DNA of 64,000 nt, from positions 12,939-76,938 of the forward strand of contig CALRDH010000003.1 in NCBI GenBank assembly GCA_943354835.1, written 5' to 3'. Shown here one piece after another: positions 57,191 through 64,000 of the stretch; position 1 is the stretch's first letter, and each line of letters starts with the position of its first letter. Below the pieces are notes generated by a model that saw only the letters and a program-made list of their open reading frames with translations, was not told the origin of the DNA and made no database searches. Both the position numbers and the translations under genes were made by a program. The DNA is from a candidate division WWE3 bacterium (lineage in GTDB: Bacteria; Patescibacteriota; WWE3; 2-01-FULL-39-13).

Positions 57191-58088
57191 TAGAAAACCC
57201 ACGAATTTCATTAACATCTAAATATCTTGATAAAATAGCCAGATCTTTATTTGTAATTCGTACGCTCCAACCCAAATTATTAAAAATGCCTGATTGTCGG
57301 CCACCAATCGTAAAAGGCACGTAATTTAACACCAATAGCCCATCTTTATATACGAGTTGCTCAAAATATAAGGTAACCTTTATCCCTTCCTCTAGCCCTA
57401 TACCACTAGATACAATGGAACTCAATATTTTTGGCTGAAAGCCTTGTATTTGGATACCTCTAAGGTCATCTTTATCGAAATATTTAAATCCCATCTCAGT
57501 GATGTCTATAAATAAGCATTTTTTTGTTTTCTTAATATTCATAACCCCCATAGCACCACCAAATTGTTCAACGCTATCTAATAATTTACTTTTGACGATT
57601 GTTTCTATCGTAGATGCATTATTAGATCGAACTTTCTTACATTCCACTAGACATTCCTCAGATGGAAGATAAAAATCACATATCCTTCTACTAGCTTTAT
57701 TAAAGTTAGGATTAGATTTCAAGTCCAACACTTTGAAACCCTTAAGCCATAAGCCAGATTGAATTGCAATATTAAATAACCATCCAGGCATACCATTACT
57801 GAAATCAGAATCGCCTTTACTAAAATAATCTCCCATCTTACCCAAGTAATGCCTATCTTGAAATTCGAAATTCTGAATAGTGCTACCGGTTGCGGCAGAT
57901 AAAAAACCCGAATATAAAACATATTGTAAAAGCTGTATCCGATCATCAATAGTCCATTTATTTAATGATTTTTCTTCTAGTTCGGTAAGAAAATTTATAA
58001 GCTTAGTTAAATCCCCAGATGTACTGGCTAAACTAGGGTTTCCGCACGCATCTAACCATATTTTTTTTAATCTATCAAAAGGAACCAT
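57180..58088 (-). CDS. Hypothetical protein
   Basis: 302-aa ORF. No motif recognised. Confidence 0.4.
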   Translation of the reverse strand: MVPFDRLKKIWLDACGNPSLASTSGDLTKLINFLTELEEKSLNKWTIDDRIQLLQYVLYSGFLSAATGSTIQNFEFQDRHYLGKMGDYFSKGDSDFSNGMPGWLFNIAIQSGLWLKGFKVLDLKSNPNFNKASRRICDFYLPSEECLVECKKVRSNNASTIETIVKSKLLDSVEQFGGAMGVMNIKKTKKCLFIDITEMGFKYFDKDDLRGIQIQGFQPKILSSIVSSGIGLEEGIKVTLYFEQLVYKDGLLVLNYVPFTIGGRQSGIFNNLGWSVRITNKDLAILSRYLDVNEIRGFSINL

Positions 58089-58827
58089 TTGATTTGCTAC
58101 ATTTATTCTTAAACACTAAGTATTGATTCATCTCCCCATTTTTTCCGTCTGATTTGAATTTTTTTATTTGTTTTAGACCTGCGGATGTCAGTATCCCCCC
58201 GATGTCGGAGATTTCCGCTTCACTGTATTTGTGAAAGTATCTTTTTGCATTTTTGTTATCTGCCCAACCTATAAAGTAGTCGCCTTCTTCTAAATCAAAG
58301 CCGGAGTCAGAAGCTCCAACCGATTCGAATCTTTCGTCCATTTGATAGTTCCAAATCGTGAATATTAAAAGTCCGTTTTTTGAAACTAGTTTTGAAAGTT
58401 GCGAAAACCATTTTTTACGGAGTTCGCTTGACGGAATGTGGTGCGTTATTCCAAATGCGACAACTACGTCAAATGTAGCGGGAGATAGTTTCTCCAAATC
58501 ATTTATGGCGTCCAATTTCATAAACTTAATACGATCATTTTCCAAGGTTTTTGCTTTAGATAAAAGGAAATCGTTCGAATCGACTCCAAGATACTGAAAT
58601 AAGGGTAGCCCTTCTTTTTCAAGGGCTGCCCCGATAAACCTTCCGTTCCCACATGCCACATCTAAAACCGAAAAGTCTTTGTCGCCAAACTCCTCATTTA
58701 TGATTTCTTTTACTCTCCCCCACCCTTTCCATGCACTTTGCCTTGTTTTATCAAAGTCTGGTCCTATTTTGTCGTAAAATTCTTTGTTTACACGTATAAT
58801 ATTGTCAATCGTTGTTTTATCCATCAT
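58075..58827 (-). CDS. Class I SAM-dependent methyltransferase
   Basis: Motif I 'VLDVACGNGRF' and 'FDVVVAFGITHHI'. Start set at 'MMDKTT' (58827). The upstream in-frame extension begins with TTG. Confidence 0.7.
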   Translation of the reverse strand: MMDKTTIDNIIRVNKEFYDKIGPDFDKTRQSAWKGWGRVKEIINEEFGDKDFSVLDVACGNGRFIGAALEKEGLPLFQYLGVDSNDFLLSKAKTLENDRIKFMKLDAINDLEKLSPATFDVVVAFGITHHIPSSELRKKWFSQLSKLVSKNGLLIFTIWNYQMDERFESVGASDSGFDLEEGDYFIGWADNKNAKRYFHKYSEAEISDIGGILTSAGLKQIKKFKSDGKNGEMNQYLVFKNKCSKSNGSF

Positions 58828-60534
58828 ATGAAAAAAAATACATTGCAAATAATTATAGACGCACTTTCGAAATTAGATAATACATCCGAAAAAGAGATAC
58901 TTAAAATACTGCGCGAAAACACAAAAGTAGGTGGCGGATTGTACTCAAAAAGCGAAATCTTAGCAGAAATTGAAAAGCTAAATAATCCACTTTATAAAAA
59001 GCTTGTACCTATAATAAAAATGAAATCCACTCGAACAATTTCTGGAGTTACTCCTGTTACCGTTTTAACAAAGCCTTTTCCTTGCCCTGGAAAATGCATT
59101 TTTTGCCCAAACGATGTTCGAATGCCAAAAAGCTACCTTTCAGACGAACCCGGCGCTCAACGTGCAGAAAAAAATCACTTTGATCCATATGCTCAAACTT
59201 TTAACCGACTTTTAGCTTACAAAAATATTGGACACCCAACAGATAAAGTTGAACTCATAATATTAGGCGGAACGTGGACATCTTATCCCGAAACTTATCA
59301 AATTTGGTACATAAAAAGATGCTTTGATGCTATGAATGATTTCAAAAACGCTGATGATACAACTTATAAATCAAAGCTCGAAATTCCATATGAAGAAAAA
59401 TCAATTCACGAAATAAACGGCGAAAAAATTACTGATTCATATAATAAAATCGTTTCGCAAGCAATAATCCCGATGCAATCTCAAGCCAAAACCGAAAGTG
59501 CAACATGGAAAGAACTCTTTGCTGTTCAAATTCAAAATGAAAATGAAAAAACTCGTTGCATTGGACTTGTAATAGAAACTAGACCTGATGAAATCACAGA
59601 ATCAGAAGTTATCAGAATTAGAAAACTTGGCGCAACAAAAGTTCAAATTGGTTTTCAAAGTCTAAACGATGAAGTTTTAAAGTTGAATCATCGCGGACAC
59701 GATGTTGCCACAACAAGAAACGCAGTAAAACTTTTACGCCTTGCTGGTTTTAAAATCCATGCACACTGGATGCCAAATCTGTATGGTTCTGATCCAAAAT
59801 CAGATGTAGAAGATTTCAAAAAAATGTTTAGTGATCCTGATTTTATGCCAGATGAATTAAAAATTTATCCGTGCTCGCTAATTCAAAGTGCTGAACTTAT
59901 GCAATATTACAAAAAAGGTTTATGGAAACCTTATACATTCGAAGAATTATCTTATGTTTTGGAAGAATGCTATAAATTAACTCCTGAATATTGCAGAATA
60001 ACAAGAATGATAAGAGATATCGGATCTCAAGACATTGTTGCTGGAAATAAAAAAACAAACTTTAGACAAATTATTGAACTAAATCTTAAAAAGCAAAAAG
60101 CTGAAATAAAAGAAATCAGATATAGAGAAATCAGAGGCGACGTTGTTGAGGCAGATGAATTAAACATAAAACAAACAAAATATGAGACTTCTGTCTCGAC
60201 AGAATACTTTCTGGAATACATTACCGACAAAAATAAAATCGCAGGATTTCTAAGGCTCTCAATTCCAAAAGTCGAAAACTATATTAGTGATCTAAAAAAC
60301 GCAGCCATAATTCGCGAAGTTCACATTTATGGACAAAGCATAAAAATCGGACAAAAAGACGAAGGCAAAGCCCAACACCTAGGACTTGGAAAAAAATTAA
60401 TCTTGCTTTCCAAAGAACTTACAAAACAAAATGGATTTGATAAACTAGCTGTAATATCATCAATTGGAACGCGTGAATACTACAAAAAACAAGGCTTCGA
60501 GATGAAAGAAGTATACCAAATAGCTGAAATTTAA
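58828..60534 (+). CDS. elp3: Elp3-family radical SAM/GNAT protein (tRNA wobble-uridine modification acetyltransferase homolog)
   Basis: Radical SAM 'CPGKCIFCPND' and a C-terminal GNAT 'IREVHIYGQSI ... GLGKKLILLSKE ... YYKKQGFE'. Start at ATG 58828 (MKKNTLQ), directly abutting the minus-strand methyltransferase start. Confidence 0.85.
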   Translation: MKKNTLQIIIDALSKLDNTSEKEILKILRENTKVGGGLYSKSEILAEIEKLNNPLYKKLVPIIKMKSTRTISGVTPVTVLTKPFPCPGKCIFCPNDVRMPKSYLSDEPGAQRAEKNHFDPYAQTFNRLLAYKNIGHPTDKVELIILGGTWTSYPETYQIWYIKRCFDAMNDFKNADDTTYKSKLEIPYEEKSIHEINGEKITDSYNKIVSQAIIPMQSQAKTESATWKELFAVQIQNENEKTRCIGLVIETRPDEITESEVIRIRKLGATKVQIGFQSLNDEVLKLNHRGHDVATTRNAVKLLRLAGFKIHAHWMPNLYGSDPKSDVEDFKKMFSDPDFMPDELKIYPCSLIQSAELMQYYKKGLWKPYTFEELSYVLEECYKLTPEYCRITRMIRDIGSQDIVAGNKKTNFRQIIELNLKKQKAEIKEIRYREIRGDVVEADELNIKQTKYETSVSTEYFLEYITDKNKIAGFLRLSIPKVENYISDLKNAAIIREVHIYGQSIKIGQKDEGKAQHLGLGKKLILLSKELTKQNGFDKLAVISSIGTREYYKKQGFEMKEVYQIAEI

Positions 60535-60536
60535 AA

Positions 60537-62279
60537 ATGCAAATTTCTGATCCAACACTGGGAAACAACGAACAGATAGCAACAATTTTACCAACAAATA
60601 CAGAACCACGATCAGAACGTTTTCAAAGATTCTTTCGTGAAAATGTTACAGGAGCATTCACAGAAAAAGAGCGGTTACAAAACGAAACTCACGTTGCAAG
60701 ATTTTGCGATACTTTTTTAAGACACCTTTCACCTTTCGAAAGAGTAGAAAAAGCAGAAGACATAAATAGTACAATGGTAAGTTTTGTAAATTGGGAAAAA
60801 CAGCAAGGAAGAGGACAGGTTGGTAGATGGATCGGTGGACAGGTCATGCAAATTGATAGAACTGATAATGTATATGACGTTATTGCACATGAAAGCATGC
60901 ATGTTCTACAAAATAACGGCACGTTACCACCAAACCATCCAATCACATATTCAATAAACGAACTTTTATTAGCGCAAAGAGGATCGATTCCAGTGTATCC
61001 ATCTGAAAGTAGTGAATTTGCAGCTATTAAATCAGAATATAAATCAAAATCAGCAAATGATTATTTTAACGAGGTTCTATCTGGAGGAAAAAATCTTCCA
61101 AAATGGTTTTGGGGCGGATGGAGACTAGACTTATCTGATGAAAGATACCAAAATATAGACCCACGAGACACAAGTTTACGAGATTTCAAAAGATTTTTAG
61201 AAATAGAAAAAGAAATAGAACCTGAAATACTAGCATGGGGCGAGGTTTCTCTTGACATTATGGGAGTAAAAGACGTCTATACAACCATAGCGAATATTGG
61301 AACATCAAGAGGCCTTCGTGCGTTTGGAGTCGGACATTTCACAGGTGATCCAAAAAATGCATGGACAGTTTTATGGCTTAACGCAACAGGGATGAAATTT
61401 GAAGATGCAGAAAGACTAGTTGTACAAAAATATCTTGATGGAACATTATCAGATTTTGATATAAAAAACCCAATAGAAGGAAAAGACTTCAAAAGGATAA
61501 AAACAGGAGAGGAAATATATAAAACGAGAAAATTAGATCAATCACCGATTGAAAGAACAGCTAACAAATATAAATTTCAAATTGAACAATATTTAAGGTT
61601 AGTAAAAAGGTCATTTAGGCAATTGCCACAAGAAGAGCTAGACAATAGGTATTCCTTATTTAGTGAATGGATATCATCAAACAAAGTAAAAGACACCGAA
61701 ACATCAGAGGTTTTTTTGGTAATGGATGAAATAACAAATCAAATGGATTTTGAGTTAAAAGAATCAGTAGAAGATAAAGTCGAGAAATCTGGAAAAATTT
61801 TTGCGTCTCATGACAGAAGTGGCACACGCAGAAAATTATCAATACCAAAAGTGATCCCTGGGAAAGAGTTTTCGACCAATCCCCCAGAATTCGAAACCGT
61901 TCTAACGGAAGAAGTCGGTATTTTCCACACACATATTTATCATGGATCCCCTCCTTCGATAATTGATTTACTAAATTTTATAGACGCTCCGGATAAATTT
62001 ATTTCTGTAATGGCCACACCTGAAAAAGATTACGTCTTTGTAAAGACTGACAAAGAATGTATTGATCGGAACAACAATAATAATAAAGGAAGCAAATTTA
62101 GAAATAGGGTTGGCCTTGCAAAATCATATATGCAGAGACTTTATAAAGGTGAAGACTCAGAAAAAGTAATCATAGAAATGGCAAAACTTGAAGGAATGGA
62201 AGTATTTATTAAAAATAAACCAAGTATTTCACGTCTAAGACAATCCAATCTAGGAATAATTCAATTCAAGAAGGTCTAA
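60537..62279 (+). CDS. Hypothetical protein (580 aa) with HExxH zincin-like motif
   Basis: 'NVYDVIAHESMHVLQNNG' contains HESMH. Begins 3 nt after the elp3 stop. No signal peptide. Confidence 0.4.
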   Translation: MQISDPTLGNNEQIATILPTNTEPRSERFQRFFRENVTGAFTEKERLQNETHVARFCDTFLRHLSPFERVEKAEDINSTMVSFVNWEKQQGRGQVGRWIGGQVMQIDRTDNVYDVIAHESMHVLQNNGTLPPNHPITYSINELLLAQRGSIPVYPSESSEFAAIKSEYKSKSANDYFNEVLSGGKNLPKWFWGGWRLDLSDERYQNIDPRDTSLRDFKRFLEIEKEIEPEILAWGEVSLDIMGVKDVYTTIANIGTSRGLRAFGVGHFTGDPKNAWTVLWLNATGMKFEDAERLVVQKYLDGTLSDFDIKNPIEGKDFKRIKTGEEIYKTRKLDQSPIERTANKYKFQIEQYLRLVKRSFRQLPQEELDNRYSLFSEWISSNKVKDTETSEVFLVMDEITNQMDFELKESVEDKVEKSGKIFASHDRSGTRRKLSIPKVIPGKEFSTNPPEFETVLTEEVGIFHTHIYHGSPPSIIDLLNFIDAPDKFISVMATPEKDYVFVKTDKECIDRNNNNNKGSKFRNRVGLAKSYMQRLYKGEDSEKVIIEMAKLEGMEVFIKNKPSISRLRQSNLGIIQFKKV

Positions 62280-62756
62280 TTTAACTCCATTCTTTTCTAA
62301 AAACTCAATCCCACTTTCATCTGTGTGTTTTGATATGTAGTAGATTTTTTTGATGCCGGCTTGGATTATGGTTTTTGCGCATATGTAGCATGGTGAGTTT
62401 GTTAGGAATATTGTCATTTCTGATGTTTCAATTCCGTATTTTGCACATTTGGCAATTAGGTTTGCTTCAGCATGTATGGAACAAACTTTTTGGAATTCCC
62501 TACCCTTTAGGTTTTCAGTTTGCCTTATGCAGCTTCCGTTTTGGCAGAAAATTTCGCCTTTTAGAGTTTCGTTCCAGGTTTTTAAATAAATGAAGCCATC
62601 TTTTCTTCTAAATTGCGGGTCTTTGGGGGCATCTGGCGAAATTTTCTGCCCTTCGTCTTTTACGACTCCAACACATCCAATTTTATATCCACATGTAGAA
62701 TTCCCCGCAATAAAAGCAGCCTTTTTCAAAAAATCATTTATTTGAGTTGCATTCAT
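62250..62756 (-). CDS. dCMP/cytidine deaminase family protein (zinc-dependent, ComEB-like)
   Basis: 'CSIHAEANLIAKCAKYG' (H-A-E) and 'SPCYICAKTI' (PCxxC). Start taken at the internal Met (MNATQINDF) to avoid a long overlap with the HIT gene. Confidence 0.75.
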   Translation of the reverse strand: MNATQINDFLKKAAFIAGNSTCGYKIGCVGVVKDEGQKISPDAPKDPQFRRKDGFIYLKTWNETLKGEIFCQNGSCIRQTENLKGREFQKVCSIHAEANLIAKCAKYGIETSEMTIFLTNSPCYICAKTIIQAGIKKIYYISKHTDESGIEFLEKNGVKLDLLELNYS

Positions 62757-63201
62757 TACGAAGCCTTTCAGCAAGTTCAATTGGAGGAATAGTGAGATCC
62801 TGATAATTCCAATTAACAATCTCCTTTTTGTAAGGTAAAACCAACATGTGACAATGTGGAACCGTCTTTTGAGCTTTAAAGCCATTAGGAGCTCTGAACA
62901 AAAGCCAAATTTCTTCTATACCAAGTTCTTTTCTTAATAATTTAATTCCAAGCTCGGCTAAATCTCTCATATCGGCCCAAACTTTAGGATCAACTTCTAA
63001 AAAATCCTCGACATGATTAATTGGAATTACAAGCAAATGTCCATCAATATAAGGAAACAGATTAACTGTTAAAACTGCACTCGCGTTTTTTGCGACTATG
63101 TATTTATCCTTTAGATCGCAAAAAACGCACTTCCCTGTATTCGTCCAAATATCTTTATATCTTCCAGTCTTTCTTGCATTAAAATCCGAATAATCTGGCA
63201 T
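62734..63201 (-). CDS. HIT family hydrolase
   Basis: 'TVPHCHMLVLP' histidine triad HxHxHxx. 'CVFCDL' N-terminal. Confidence 0.75.
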   Translation of the reverse strand: MPDYSDFNARKTGRYKDIWTNTGKCVFCDLKDKYIVAKNASAVLTVNLFPYIDGHLLVIPINHVEDFLEVDPKVWADMRDLAELGIKLLRKELGIEEIWLLFRAPNGFKAQKTVPHCHMLVLPYKKEIVNWNYQDLTIPPIELAERLRNECNSNK

Positions 63202-63247
63202 AATTAAAATATAACATGTAACCGAAATGTAGTATTATTCGTTATGT

Positions 63248-63502
63248 ATGACAAAAAAGGCCCAAGAAGAACTACTTGAAAACTTCAAACAAAAACGTAT
63301 CAAAGCATTTTTCATAATATTAGGCGTAACCGTCTCTGTAATTTTACTTTCAATACTCATCGGATACGTAATAGATACAATCTTTCACACAGAATATTAT
63401 GGAATTATTATCGCATTGATAGTATCATTTCCTCTTGTTCAATTAATTTTATTTAAAACGCTAAAAGGATTATGCAAGAAATCTCCCTCGTCCCAGAAGT
63501 AA
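63248..63502 (+). CDS. Small two-TM protein, AtpI/AtpZ-like, preceding ATP synthase subunit a
   Basis: 84 aa with two hydrophobic helices. Overlaps the start of atpB by 39 nt in another frame. Confidence 0.45.
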   Translation: MTKKAQEELLENFKQKRIKAFFIILGVTVSVILLSILIGYVIDTIFHTEYYGIIIALIVSFPLVQLILFKTLKGLCKKSPSSQK

Positions 63503-64000
63503 TTTTCAAAATCGGAAACTTCGACGTTAATAACGCTGTATTTGCAACGCTATTTGTTACGATCATAATTCTCACAATCGCTTTTCTAACTACTAGAAAA
63601 TTGAGCTTGATTCCAAGCTACTTCCAAATCGCTATCGAAGGCATGGTTTCATTTTTCTACACAATGCTACTCGACACATACGGAAACAAAAAACTTGCAA
63701 AAAGCCACACAGCATTAATCGTCAGTCTTTTTCTTTTTGTTTTAATTTCAAATCAATTTAGCTTTATTCCTCTTGTACAAAGTATCACCATAAATGGAAT
63801 TATTGGATTTAAGCCTCCAACCGCGCATCTTTCACAAACCGTAGCATTAGCAATCATTGTTGTTGGATTCTCTCACTATCTAGGATTTAAATTATCTCCA
63901 CTTAAACATATTGGACATTACATAAAATTAGAATCAGTACTTAAAATTCGAAAACCTGGCGATATTGGAATGGCATTTCTTGATATTTTCCTTGGAATTC
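63464..64000 (+). CDS. atpB: F0F1 ATP synthase subunit a (3'-truncated by the window edge)
   Basis: ATG at 63464 opens a frame to the window end: MQEISLVPEVIFKIGNFDVNNAVFATLFVTIIILTIAFLTTRKLSLIPSYFQIAIEGMVSFFYTML... (a-subunit N-terminal pattern). Not in the ORF track because there is no stop codon. Confidence 0.75.

Noticed and set aside
58738-58827. Upstream extension of the elp3 ORF (MPCFIKVWSYFVVKFF...)
   Set aside because: It is hydrophobic nonsense that overlaps the divergent methyltransferase coding region. The Elp3-like N-terminus begins at MKKNTLQ (58828).
1-64000. Possible alternative genetic code (UGA recoding, as in some CPR lineages)
   Set aside because: Very long ORFs (dnaE 1164 aa, the 846-aa Clp-like gene, pyrG, gatA/B) are uninterrupted under the standard code and end at sensible positions, so code 11 is adequate.
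1-64000. CRISPR arrays, rRNA genes, transposases/integrases
   Set aside because: No regularly spaced direct repeats, no rRNA-like GC-rich structured regions, and no ORF with DDE/tyrosine-recombinase motifs were seen. The only tandem or dispersed repeats found are the 46-bp copy at 53.8/54.7 kb and the palindrome cluster at 56.0 kb.

Overview
This is an AT-rich bacterial chromosomal segment of roughly one-third GC by eye, read in the standard genetic code. Long ORFs are intact, so UGA recoding is rejected. Genes are tightly packed, often overlap by 4 nt (ATGA), and mostly lack Shine-Dalgarno sequences. The content (t6A genes tsaE/tsaD, Elp3, four Nudix paralogs, many glycosyltransferases and PMT-like membrane proteins, no visible biosynthetic operons) fits a reduced-genome Patescibacteria/CPR-like bacterium, but this is inference. 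Conserved housekeeping blocks are rarA-tsaE-tsaD (+ strand, 16.3-19.0 kb), one tRNA-His(GTG) with encoded G-1 and CCA (19454-19531), rplS, a ClpC-like ATPase, dnaE-pyrG-gatB-gatA-gatC-htpX-lemA (- strand, 41.1-50.8 kb), a ThyA-like enzyme, a DHFR-like protein, a dCMP deaminase, Elp3, and the start of an ATP synthase operon (atpI-like, then atpB running off the window). Accessory content has two surface-glycosylation islands (6.3-10.6 kb and 29.3-35.1 kb), a membrane-anchored Clp/Hsp100-like ATPase, and a His-rich metal transporter next to an ABC exporter. The best candidate for an undescribed system is a two-gene operon (19710-22482, - strand) convergent on tRNA-His. It encodes a 486-aa protein whose N-terminal region carries palm-type nucleotidyltransferase/cyclase motifs (GGDEF/Thg1-like: D-F-G-N ... 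R-D-G-I-D-E-F) and a 439-aa partner of unknown fold. Other noteworthy points: a 46-bp direct repeat copying the promoter and 5' end of the PIG-L deacetylase gene to a site upstream of the DHFR-like gene, where it forms a uORF coupled to it; a dense palindrome cluster (CGTTAC half-sites) upstream of an orphan AAA ATPase; a frameshifted secreted LRR gene; tandem paralogous small acidic proteins; and two unrelated HExxH-motif proteins. No CRISPR array, rRNA or recognisable transposase was seen.
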